DNA of 64,000 nt from contig JAGIBE010000235.1 of NCBI GenBank assembly GCA_017744495.1, forward strand, positions 4,154 through 68,153, written 5' to 3'. Every line of letters starts with the position of its first letter. Position 1 is the stretch's first letter. Made by a program: the position numbers and the translations under genes. Shown one piece after another: positions 28,298 to 36,484 of this stretch. This stretch comes from Caulobacter sp. (GTDB lineage Bacteria; Pseudomonadota; Alphaproteobacteria; Caulobacterales; Caulobacteraceae). The notes beneath the pieces are model-generated. The model did not search any database and had not been told where the DNA came from. It saw only the letters and a list, made by a program, of their open reading frames with translations.

Positions 28298-29215
28298 ATG
28301 TCCCAATCCGCCAGCACCGCCGTCTATGGCTTCCCGCCCTCCGACGTGATCGACGTGCCCGGCGGCGCGGTCCAGACCTCGCCCCTGGTCGTCGGATCCT
28401 CCGATCTGGCGGACCTGGCCGAGGGCTCGCTGGACGAGATCGTCATCCAGGCGCCGGCGGGAGTCGCCGAGCGGCGGTATGTCCTGGCCCAGGCCCTGCG
28501 GGCGCTGAAGGTCGAAGGGCGCCTGACCGCCTTGGCTCCCAAGGATCGTGGCGGCCTGCGGATGAACAAGGAACTGACCGCGTTCGGGTGCGTGGTCGGT
28601 GAGAGCGCCAAGCGCCACCAGCGGATCTGCGTTGCCCTCAAGCCCGCTTCGCCCGTCGGCCTGGACGCCGCCATCGCCGAGGGCGCGCCCCGCCGGCTGG
28701 ACGGCGACGGCCTGTGGACCCAGCCGGGCGTGTTCAGCTGGGACCGCCTGGACCCCGGTTCGGCGCTGCTGTTGAAGTCGCTGCCGCCGCTGGCCGGTGT
28801 CGGCGTCGACCTGGGCTGCGGCATCGGCGTTCTGGCCCACGCGGTGCTGACCTCGCCCAAGGTGACCAAGCTGACCCTGATCGACCTTGACCGCCGGGCG
28901 GTCGAGGCGGCCAAGCGCAACGTCAACGATCCGCGCGTCGAGGTCGTCCAGGCCGACGCCCGGCGCGGCGGCGACCTGGCGTCGGGTCTGGACTTCGTGG
29001 TCACGAACCCGCCGTTCCACGAGACCGGCGTCGAGGACAAGGGCCTGGGCCAGGCTTTCATCACCTCGGCGGCCGGCATGCTGCGCAAGGGCGGCGCTCT
29101 GTGGATCGTGGCCAACCGCCACCTGCCCTACGAGGCGGTGCTGAACGAGCACTTCAAGACCGTCCGTCCCATGGCCGACGCCGGCGGGTTCAAGGTCTAC
29201 GAGGCCCGGAAATGA
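28298..29215 (+). CDS. Class I SAM-dependent methyltransferase, RsmC/MTS family
   Basis: PGVFSWDRLDPGS, DLGCGIG, TNPPFH, VANRHLPYE. Confidence 0.88.
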   Translation: MSQSASTAVYGFPPSDVIDVPGGAVQTSPLVVGSSDLADLAEGSLDEIVIQAPAGVAERRYVLAQALRALKVEGRLTALAPKDRGGLRMNKELTAFGCVVGESAKRHQRICVALKPASPVGLDAAIAEGAPRRLDGDGLWTQPGVFSWDRLDPGSALLLKSLPPLAGVGVDLGCGIGVLAHAVLTSPKVTKLTLIDLDRRAVEAAKRNVNDPRVEVVQADARRGGDLASGLDFVVTNPPFHETGVEDKGLGQAFITSAAGMLRKGGALWIVANRHLPYEAVLNEHFKTVRPMADAGGFKVYEARK

Positions 29216-29949
29216 CCAAAGCCCTGATGGCGCGTCTGGATCGCCTGCTGGCCAATCTCGGCTACGGCAGTCGTCGCGACGTCCAGGCTTTGGTCTCGGC
29301 CGGCAAGGTCACGCTGGACGGCGCGGCGATCAAGGACGCGGGCCAGAAGATCGCCGTCACCGCCGACCTGCCCAACCATCTAAAGATCCGGGGCGCCCCA
29401 GTCGATCCGCCGGCCCCGCTGGTGCTGATCATGCATAAGCCGCTGGGCGTGGTCTGTTCGCACCGCGAGGACGGCGAGCGGATCTATGATCTGCTGCCCA
29501 AGCGCTGGCAGATCCGCGACCCAGCCCTGTCCAGCGTCGGGCGGCTAGACAAGGATACCTCCGGCCTGATCCTGATCACCGACGACGGCGACTTCCTGCA
29601 CCGGGTGATCTCCCCCAAGCGCCATGTGCCCAAGGTCTATCACGCCACGCTCGACCGCCCGCTGGTCGGAACCGAAGGCGCGGCCTTCGCCAGCGGGACC
29701 CTGATGCTCGAGGGCGAGGAAAAGCCCCTGCTCCCGGCCCAGCTGGAAATCCTGGGCGAGCGCGAGGCGCGGCTGACGATCACCGAGGGGCGCTATCACC
29801 AGGTGCGCCGGATGTTCGCCGCCGTGGGCAACCACGTCGTCGCCCTGCATCGCGAGCGGATCGGCGGGATCGCCCTGCCCGACAATCTGGAGCCGGGCGA
29901 GCACCGCATCCTGACGGCCGCGCAGGCCGAAGAGGTCTTCGATGTCTGA
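29212..29949 (+). CDS. RsuA family pseudouridine synthase
   Basis: S4 domain RLDRLLA; GRLDKDTSG; TEGRYHQVRRM; LHRERIG. Confidence 0.92.
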   Translation: MTKALMARLDRLLANLGYGSRRDVQALVSAGKVTLDGAAIKDAGQKIAVTADLPNHLKIRGAPVDPPAPLVLIMHKPLGVVCSHREDGERIYDLLPKRWQIRDPALSSVGRLDKDTSGLILITDDGDFLHRVISPKRHVPKVYHATLDRPLVGTEGAAFASGTLMLEGEEKPLLPAQLEILGEREARLTITEGRYHQVRRMFAAVGNHVVALHRERIGGIALPDNLEPGEHRILTAAQAEEVFDV

Positions 29950-30187
29950 AGCGAAGCCCGAGGAACGCCTGATGGACGCCCGGGGGCATCGTTGCCCGGT
30001 GCCGACCCTGCGCTTGCGCCGGGCGCTGGAGGAAGCGCCGCCCGGCGGGCTGGTGCGCTTGCTCGCCGACGATCCCCTGGCCCGCATCGACGTGCCGCAT
30101 TTCGCCGCCAGCGCCGGTGTCACGGTGCTGGAGGTCGTCGACGCCCCGAACGGCGCGATCAGCTTTCTGGTGGCGAAGGCGCCTTGA
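29942..30187 (+). CDS. TusA/SirA family sulfurtransferase
   Basis: DARGHRCPVP, ADDP..RIDVPHF. Confidence 0.9.
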   Translation: MSEAKPEERLMDARGHRCPVPTLRLRRALEEAPPGGLVRLLADDPLARIDVPHFAASAGVTVLEVVDAPNGAISFLVAKAP

Positions 30188-31109
30188 GCGGAATGGCCTT
30201 GGGACCCTCCAGCAGGGCCCGAGGCCGTTCGTCCAGCGCGATCTCCATCTCGGTGGCCAGGGCTCCGCCGAAGAACACGGCGTTGACGCTCCACGACAGC
30301 CAGATCAGGAAGATGATCACCGCCGAGATCGAGCCGTAGGTCGCGCCCAGATGGGCCACCTGCTCGACGTAGAAGGCGCTGGCCCAGGACATGAACACGC
30401 ACATCACCGCCGCGGCGAAACCGCCGACGGATGAGGCGCGCCAGCCGACCGGCTCGCGCGACATGGCGTAGCGGTAGATCAGGGTCATGCCGACCAGCAG
30501 GCCCAAGCTGGCCCAGGTCCACTCGCTCTGGATCCACGAGGCGCCCGCCAGGGGGCGCAGGTTCAGGGTGCTGGACAGCAGGCGGAAGGTCAGGAACACG
30601 CCTGACATCACGAACAGCAGGACGAAGGCGGCGACCAGCACGACAAGGGCCATGAAGTTGAAGCCGAAGAAGCCGCGCTGGTTCTCTTCATCATGGATGA
30701 AGGACAGGCCCGCAAGCAGGGCCTTGAACCCGCGGTGGGCGGCGTAGAGACCGATGATCAGGACAACGGCGCTTTGGGCCGAGACCGCCTTTTCCGGGGC
30801 GTGGGCCAGGCGGGCCAGCTCGCTCTGGAAGATTGGTCGGGCCCCCGACGGCATCAGGAAGGACAGCTTGTCGGCCTGGTAGGCGGCCTGTTCCGGGGTG
30901 AGCAGCAGGCTGAAGAGGCCGATCAGGATCGCCAGCCCCGGGAACACGGCCAGCAGGATGAAGAACGAGACGCCGCCGACATAGAGCATGACGTCGCGGC
31001 CCCACAGGCGCTGCAGGGCCAGGCCCAGAACGCGGAGGGTTTCGGTCACCCAATGGATGGGATCGAGATCGAGGTCCCGGAAGCGAAGACGGTCCTGGGG
31101 GGATTTCAT
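30159..31109 (-). CDS. YihY/BrkB family membrane protein
   Basis: SFFILLAVFP, ATYGSISAVIIFLIWL, FFGG; six TM helices. Confidence 0.88.
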   Translation of the reverse strand: MKSPQDRLRFRDLDLDPIHWVTETLRVLGLALQRLWGRDVMLYVGGVSFFILLAVFPGLAILIGLFSLLLTPEQAAYQADKLSFLMPSGARPIFQSELARLAHAPEKAVSAQSAVVLIIGLYAAHRGFKALLAGLSFIHDEENQRGFFGFNFMALVVLVAAFVLLFVMSGVFLTFRLLSSTLNLRPLAGASWIQSEWTWASLGLLVGMTLIYRYAMSREPVGWRASSVGGFAAAVMCVFMSWASAFYVEQVAHLGATYGSISAVIIFLIWLSWSVNAVFFGGALATEMEIALDERPRALLEGPKAIPLKAPSPPES

Positions 31110-31177
31110 GGGCCGGAAACTGGCCTCGGCGCCGCTTCGACGCAAGCTCGCCACGGAAAAAACGTGGAATTCAGAGA

Positions 31178-31212
31178 CAAAGACCCGCCGCTTCAGGGAA
31201 AGCGGCGGGCCT
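31178..31212 (-). terminator. Intrinsic terminator hairpin
   Basis: CCCGCCGCTT-CAGGGA-AAGCGGCGGG perfect 10-bp stem, extendable with a G.U pair on the minus strand and followed by UUUG. Confidence 0.7.
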
Positions 31213-31335
31213 CCGCAGGACGAACCTGAACCGATCGCCGCATCGAGGGACGGGTGGCGCGACGGCCGGTTGCAGGATCAGGTTTAGACCCCCTCGGCTG
31301 AACCGCACCTGAATGACGCCGTCAGGGAACGGCGT
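31178..31335. ncRNA. Candidate three-hairpin structured RNA with repeated CAGGGA (+) / UCCCUG (-) loops
   Basis: Hairpins 31184-31209 and 31316-31335 share an identical hexaloop; an irregular central hairpin (31223-31284) has an AGGGA apical loop. Confidence 0.4.
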
Positions 31336-32463
31336 TCAAAGCGCGCCCTCCTCTTTGAGGGCGGCGATGGCCTGCGCCGAGAAGCCCCAGTCGCTAAGGG
31401 CCGTGTCGTTGTCGGCCCCGATCATGGGCGGCGGGCCCTGGATCGCGCCCGGCGTGGCCGAGAAGCGCGGCGCCGGCGCCGGCTGGGTGACTCCGGCCAC
31501 CTCGACGAAGGTCTGGCGCGCGGCGTTGTGCGGGTGGGCCGGCGCCTCATCCATCGTCAGGACCGGGGCGAAGCAGACGTCGGTGGCGTCCATCAGGGCG
31601 CACCATTCGTCGCGGGTCTTGGTCGCGATCACCGCCGCCAGCTTGTCGCGCAGCTGCGGCCACTCGTCGCGGCTCATCTGATGCTGGAACTGCGGGTCTG
31701 TGATCCCGGTCTTTTCAAGCAGTAGCAGGTAGAACTGCGGTTCGATCGAGCCGATCGATATCCAGCGGCCGCAGCTGCATTGATAGGTGTCGTAGAAGTG
31801 CGCCCCGCCGTCCAGGAGGTTGGAGCGCCGGCCCTCGCCCCACATGCCGCCGGCCTTGAAGCCGTAGAACATCGCCATCAGCGAGGCCGCGCCGTCGCTC
31901 ATCGCGCAGTCTATGACCTGGCCCTGGCCGGTCGCCCTGGCGTGGATCACCCCGGCCAGAAGACCGAAGGCCAGGTAGAGCGCCCCGCCCCCGAAGTCGC
32001 CCACCAGGTTCAGCGGGGGCACCGGCTTGTCCTGCGTCCCGATCGCCGCCAGGGCGCCCGTGATGGCGATGTAGTTCATGTCGTGGCCGGCGGCCTTGGC
32101 GTAGGGACCGGTCTGGCCCCAGCCGGTCATGCGGCCGTAGACGAGCTTGGGATTGCGGGCCAGGGCCACGTCCGGACCCAGGCCCAGGCGCTCCATCACG
32201 CCCGGCCGGAAGCCCTCGATGACGCCGTCGGCGCTTTCCATAAGCTTCAGGCAGGTCTCGACCGCGGCCGGGGACTTCAGGTCCAGCGCCACCGAGCGAC
32301 GGCCCCGGGCCGTGACGTCGGCGGGCGAGCTGCGGCCCGAACCCTTGCGGTCGATGCGCACCACGTCGGCCCCCAGGTCCGACAGCAGCATCCCACAGAA
32401 CGGCCCCGGGCCGATCCCGGCGAATTCCAGCACCTTCAGGCCGGACAGGGGTCCCTGGGCCAT
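31336..32463 (-). CDS. CaiB/BaiF CoA-transferase family (alpha-methylacyl-CoA racemase-like)
   Basis: [43 protein letters not shown]. Confidence 0.92.
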   Translation of the reverse strand: MAQGPLSGLKVLEFAGIGPGPFCGMLLSDLGADVVRIDRKGSGRSSPADVTARGRRSVALDLKSPAAVETCLKLMESADGVIEGFRPGVMERLGLGPDVALARNPKLVYGRMTGWGQTGPYAKAAGHDMNYIAITGALAAIGTQDKPVPPLNLVGDFGGGALYLAFGLLAGVIHARATGQGQVIDCAMSDGAASLMAMFYGFKAGGMWGEGRRSNLLDGGAHFYDTYQCSCGRWISIGSIEPQFYLLLLEKTGITDPQFQHQMSRDEWPQLRDKLAAVIATKTRDEWCALMDATDVCFAPVLTMDEAPAHPHNAARQTFVEVAGVTQPAPAPRFSATPGAIQGPPPMIGADNDTALSDWGFSAQAIAALKEEGAL

Positions 32464-32670
32464 CACGTTCCTCCCGGCCGACTCTCGCGGCGTATAATCC
32501 CTCAAAGCACTAGAACGGCCCTGCCCTTCGGTCAGGCAAGAGCGTTTATCCGTTCACAGGCCTGCGGCGTTGCGGACCTATGAGGCCGTGCGGCCTCTGC
32601 TATGTTGCGACGTCGAATCTCGCGACGGCGCGTCGTCGAGCGACACCGGTATCCGGGGCGGAGGCTTGAG

Positions 32671-33996
32671 TTGGCGGTGAACGCCCGAATCCTGATCGTG
32701 GCGCGTGACGATGCTCGCGCGGGGCCGCTGTCCGAAGGGCTCGACAAGCTCGGCTGGCGGACCATCACCGCGCGCGGCCCGTACGCCGCCCTCGCCGCCC
32801 TGGGCGACCTGAACATCGAGGCCGTGATCGTCGACTTGGAGAGCGCTGGTCCCGACGCTCACTCCCTGTCGCGCCGCCTGAAGGCCGCCGTGGCTCCGCG
32901 CCGCCTGCCGGTCATCGCCATCGGCGAGCCGGGGACCGAGGCCAATCACCAGGCCTTCGACCTGACCCTGTCGCCGCCGCTGCATCCCAGCCAGGCCGTG
33001 CTGCGCCTGGAGAGCCTGGTCCGCACCGCCATCGCCGAGGAGGAGTTCGAACTCCGCCTCGCCACCTTCGGCGATCGCGGCCGGCGGCTGGACCTGCCCG
33101 AACCGCAGTCCGAGCCCTTCCGCATCCTGGCGATCGGCGAGCCGGCCCCGCAGTTCCTGGCCCTGTCCAACGCCCTGACCCGCAGCGGAGCCGACGTGGT
33201 CGGCGCCTTCACCGCCTATACGGCCTTCGACTACCTGCACGAACGCGCCTTTGACGCGGTGGTGCTGTGGGCCGGCGACAATCAGCAGGAAGCCCTGTCG
33301 ATCGCGGCGGGCATGCGCCGCAACACCCGCCTCTTCCACATCCCGGCCCTGCTCTATCTGAAGGCCGAGAGCTACGTGACCATGTCGGACGCCTTCCATC
33401 GCGGGGTGTCCGACGTCGCCTCGCCTGAGACGGCCGAGATCGAGACCGCCAAGCGGGTCATCGAGTTGGCCCGGAACTATCGCCGGGGCGAGGCCATTCG
33501 CGGCGCCCTGGAGAAGGCCCGCAGCTCGGGCCTGATGGACGCCGCCACCGGCCTCTTTACCCGCGACCTGTTCGCCGCCCACCTGGTGCGCCTGGCGACC
33601 GCCGCCCGCGAGCGGGCCCGGCCGTTGTCGATCTGCGTGCTGCGGGTGGCCGATAAGCCTGACACCGTCTGGGCCCGCAAGAACGGTTGGCTGGACCGCG
33701 CCATCCCGCAGATCGGCTCGATGGTCGGGCGCCTGGTTCGTGTCGAGGACACCGCCGCCCGCCTGGCGCCGGAGGTCTTCGCCCTGGCCTTGCCCGCCAC
33801 CAACGCCGCCGCCGGCCGCGCCGCCGCCGAGCGGATCGCCGCGGTGATCGGCTGCACGGCCTTCGACGCCGGCGACGACCGTCCGCCCTTCGTCTGCGAG
33901 TTCGACATCGGCGTGGCCCAGATCGAGGCCGGCGAGAGCGCGGTCCACGCCCTGGAACGGGCCGCCGCCCAGGCTCTGCAGCGTCACACCGCCTAG
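32671..33996 (+). CDS. popA: PopA, c-di-GMP effector (2 REC-like + degenerate GGDEF)
   Basis: 441 aa from TTG 32671; intact I-site RVED five residues before the degenerate APEVF; lies near mfd as recalled for Caulobacter. Confidence 0.88.
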   Translation: MAVNARILIVARDDARAGPLSEGLDKLGWRTITARGPYAALAALGDLNIEAVIVDLESAGPDAHSLSRRLKAAVAPRRLPVIAIGEPGTEANHQAFDLTLSPPLHPSQAVLRLESLVRTAIAEEEFELRLATFGDRGRRLDLPEPQSEPFRILAIGEPAPQFLALSNALTRSGADVVGAFTAYTAFDYLHERAFDAVVLWAGDNQQEALSIAAGMRRNTRLFHIPALLYLKAESYVTMSDAFHRGVSDVASPETAEIETAKRVIELARNYRRGEAIRGALEKARSSGLMDAATGLFTRDLFAAHLVRLATAARERARPLSICVLRVADKPDTVWARKNGWLDRAIPQIGSMVGRLVRVEDTAARLAPEVFALALPATNAAAGRAAAERIAAVIGCTAFDAGDDRPPFVCEFDIGVAQIEAGESAVHALERAAAQALQRHTA

Positions 33997-34008
33997 AAGG
34001 ACAGTCCG

Positions 34009-34653
34009 ATGGGCCAGCCTCTACTGATCGACCTCGTCGCAGACGTCGTCTGCCCGTGGTGCTATCTGGGCTGGCGGCGGGTGAAGTCGGCCCTGGCCCT
34101 GCGTCCGGACGTCGAGCCGCTGATCGTCTGGCGGCCCTATCAGCTGGACCCCAGCCTTCCCGAGGAAGGCGTTGACCGCAAAGCCTATATGGCCGGCAAG
34201 TTCAAGGACGCCCTGAAGCTGAAAGCCGTCCACACCGCCCTGGTCGAGGCCGGGGCCGAGGAAGGCATCGTCTTCGACTTCGACGCCATCGACCTGGCGC
34301 CGAACACCAGCGCCGCCCATCGCCTGATCCGCTGGGCTCATGGCGCGGGCAAGCAGGACGGGGTGGTCGAGGCCCTGTTCGCCGCCTATTTCACGCATGG
34401 TCGCGACATTGGCGATCCCGTGGTGTTGGCCGATATCGGCGAGGCGGAGGGCATGGATCCGGTGGTGATCCTGAAGCTGCTGTCCGAGGGCGCGGACAGG
34501 GACGTCATCGCCCGCGAGCACGCCATGGCCGTCCAGGGCGGGATCACCGGCGTGCCGTTCGTGATCTTCGGCGGCAAGCTGGCGGTGGTCGGCGCCGAAA
34601 GTCCGGAGAATGTCGCGCAGGCCATCGACAAGGCCCTTGAACCGGCGGCCTAG
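34009..34653 (+). CDS. DsbA/FrnE family oxidoreductase
   Basis: DVVCPWCYLG, WRPYQLDP, GITGVP. Confidence 0.92.
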   Translation: MGQPLLIDLVADVVCPWCYLGWRRVKSALALRPDVEPLIVWRPYQLDPSLPEEGVDRKAYMAGKFKDALKLKAVHTALVEAGAEEGIVFDFDAIDLAPNTSAAHRLIRWAHGAGKQDGVVEALFAAYFTHGRDIGDPVVLADIGEAEGMDPVVILKLLSEGADRDVIAREHAMAVQGGITGVPFVIFGGKLAVVGAESPENVAQAIDKALEPAA

Positions 34654-34711
34654 TTCGACAATCTCCGTTACGGGAAACCGCTGGTCCAGTGGTCGTTTTT
34701 CGGGGCGTTTC

Positions 34712-35227
34712 ATGACTCAATCCAGCATCCAGATGGCGATCACGGTCGCCGTCATCGCCGTGGTTTTCGCGCTGCGGTTCCGCGGCATGAATCGTGAGCG
34801 GCCGCTTCGGCTCGAACTGATCTGGATCATGCCCGCCCTGCTGGTCGCGGCCATGGTCGCCGTCCTGCTGCAGTTCCCGCCTCATGGCCTGGACTGGGCT
34901 TGGCTGGCGGCGATCTTCGCGGTCGGCGCGGCGATCGGCTGGTGGCGCGGCAAGCTGATGCCGATCGCCATCGATCCCGAGACCCATGCGCTGAACCTCA
35001 AGCCGTCGCCGGCGGCGATGCTGCTGTTGCTGGGCCTGTTCGTAGTCCGCTTCGCCCTGCGGGCCCTGATTGAGAGCGAGGCCTCGGCCTGGCACATCAA
35101 CGCGGCGCTGATCACGGACGGGTTCATCGTGCTGGGTGTCGGCCTGCTGGCGGTGTCGCGGGTGGAGATGGGACTGCGGGCGTGGGGCTTGCTGCGGGAA
35201 GCGCGGGCGGCTAGGGCGGCGGCTTAG
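34712..35227 (+). CDS. CcdC/DUF1453 family membrane protein
   Basis: RPLRLELIWIMP, GWWRGKLM, RVEM; five TM helices. Confidence 0.75.
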   Translation: MTQSSIQMAITVAVIAVVFALRFRGMNRERPLRLELIWIMPALLVAAMVAVLLQFPPHGLDWAWLAAIFAVGAAIGWWRGKLMPIAIDPETHALNLKPSPAAMLLLLGLFVVRFALRALIESEASAWHINAALITDGFIVLGVGLLAVSRVEMGLRAWGLLREARAARAAA

Positions 35228-35232
35228 CGGTC

Positions 35233-35625
35233 TCACCGCTCCAGCGTCGCCTTCATCGCCGCGCAGCCCAGGTCCATGAAACCCGCCACCCGCTCGGCCG
35301 CGTCGTGGGGCAGGATGTCGGCGGTCCAGGTGATGCGGCTGCCCGAGCCCTCGTCCAGCACCTGCATGGCGCCGTTGTGATGGGTCAGCAACGGACTGCC
35401 GACCACGGCCCAGACCAGGCGGCGGGTCTCGTCGTCGACAGCTACGATCAGTTCCCGGGCCACTAGGCCGCCCGCGAAGGTGACGGTCCGGACGCCCTCC
35501 TCCACCCGGCAATCGGTCAGCACGCCGGGGCACAGGCGCTGATGGACGTGGCCCCAGTCGCGCACGGCGTCCCAGACCTGGGCGGGGGCGACGGCGACGT
35601 CGACGGACTTGATGATGGTGGCCAT
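35233..35625 (-). CDS. SRPBCC (polyketide cyclase-like) protein
   Basis: VWDAVRD.G..H.RL.PG, RTVTF, RRLVW, WTADILP. Confidence 0.88.
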   Translation of the reverse strand: MATIIKSVDVAVAPAQVWDAVRDWGHVHQRLCPGVLTDCRVEEGVRTVTFAGGLVARELIVAVDDETRRLVWAVVGSPLLTHHNGAMQVLDEGSGSRITWTADILPHDAAERVAGFMDLGCAAMKATLER

Positions 35626-35698
35626 GGGAAATCTCCTCCTGGGGTTTCCCCGACCCTGGCAAATCCGCGTCGCCCTGGCTGGCGGGATCCGGACGATG

Positions 35699-36409
35699 TC
35701 ATCTGAGCCGTGAGCGCGCCGTCGGCGCCAGGCGCAGGCGCTGGATCACGCCGCGCCGCGACACCGCGCCGAACCCGTCGCCCAGCCCGGCCCGTTCGGC
35801 ACGGACCAGGTGCTGCGCGTAGGCGTCCGCGTCGGCGAAACGCCCGATCCAGATCAATACGGGCTCATTCTCCCGCACCGGCAGGCGCGGAAAGGTGTTC
35901 TCGGCGGCCTCGGTGACCATCCAGCCCAGGACCGATGCTCCGGCGGCCTCCAGGGCCGGGCGGACCTGCGCCTCGAACCGCTCGGAGAGGCCGGGCTCGG
36001 GCGGGCCGTCGAGCGCCTGGATCGTCACGCCGATCAGGCCGGCGGGACCTAGGTCGGCGCCGGCGGGCCGACGCGGCGGCAGGTCCAGACGCGCGGCGGC
36101 GACTGGCGGGGTCAGCAGCAGGACGTCGTCATTGTCGGCCAGGGTGGCGTTGGCCGCCTCGCGATGGGCCTGCCAGACCGGACCGCCGTAGAAGCCCTCC
36201 AGCGCGGCCCTGCGGGTCTCCATGCTGTCGAAGCCGCGCATCCAGACGAAGTGGCCCGGCGCGTCGAAATCGCGGAACTGGCCCAGCAGGCTCATGCCAT
36301 AGGCCTCCTGGCTCTCGACGAACGCGCGCTCGAACAGCTCGATCAGGTCGTCGCGCCGGCCCGGTTTCATCCGGTATTGGCGCAGTTCGACAACCATCTG
36401 GAAGGTCAT
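35699..36409 (-). CDS. NIPSNAP family protein
   Basis: VELRQY...PGRRDDLIELFE, FVWMRGF, FYGGPVW, LAPTARS. Confidence 0.88.
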   Translation of the reverse strand: MTFQMVVELRQYRMKPGRRDDLIELFERAFVESQEAYGMSLLGQFRDFDAPGHFVWMRGFDSMETRRAALEGFYGGPVWQAHREAANATLADNDDVLLLTPPVAAARLDLPPRRPAGADLGPAGLIGVTIQALDGPPEPGLSERFEAQVRPALEAAGASVLGWMVTEAAENTFPRLPVRENEPVLIWIGRFADADAYAQHLVRAERAGLGDGFGAVSRRGVIQRLRLAPTARSRLR

Positions 36410-36452
36410 GGGAATCCCCGTCGCTGATGCGACGAGGACTTAAGACCAGCCT

Positions 36453-36471
36453 GCTGCCATCCGCTGTCAGC
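36453..36471. promoter_or_regulatory. Palindromic operator-like site upstream of the NIPSNAP gene
   Basis: GCTGCCA-TCCGC-TGTCAGC (6/7 palindrome of CTGACA-N5-TGTCAG type). Confidence 0.45.
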
Positions 36472-36484
36472 TACCGCCAGCCGC

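Noticed and set aside
32671-33996. Degenerate GGDEF (APEVF) as a novelty
   Set aside because: Expected for PopA, a known c-di-GMP effector
35641-35651. GGGGTTTCCCC palindrome similar to the island motif
   Set aside because: Outside the island and abutting an RBS; kept only as a caution about chance matches
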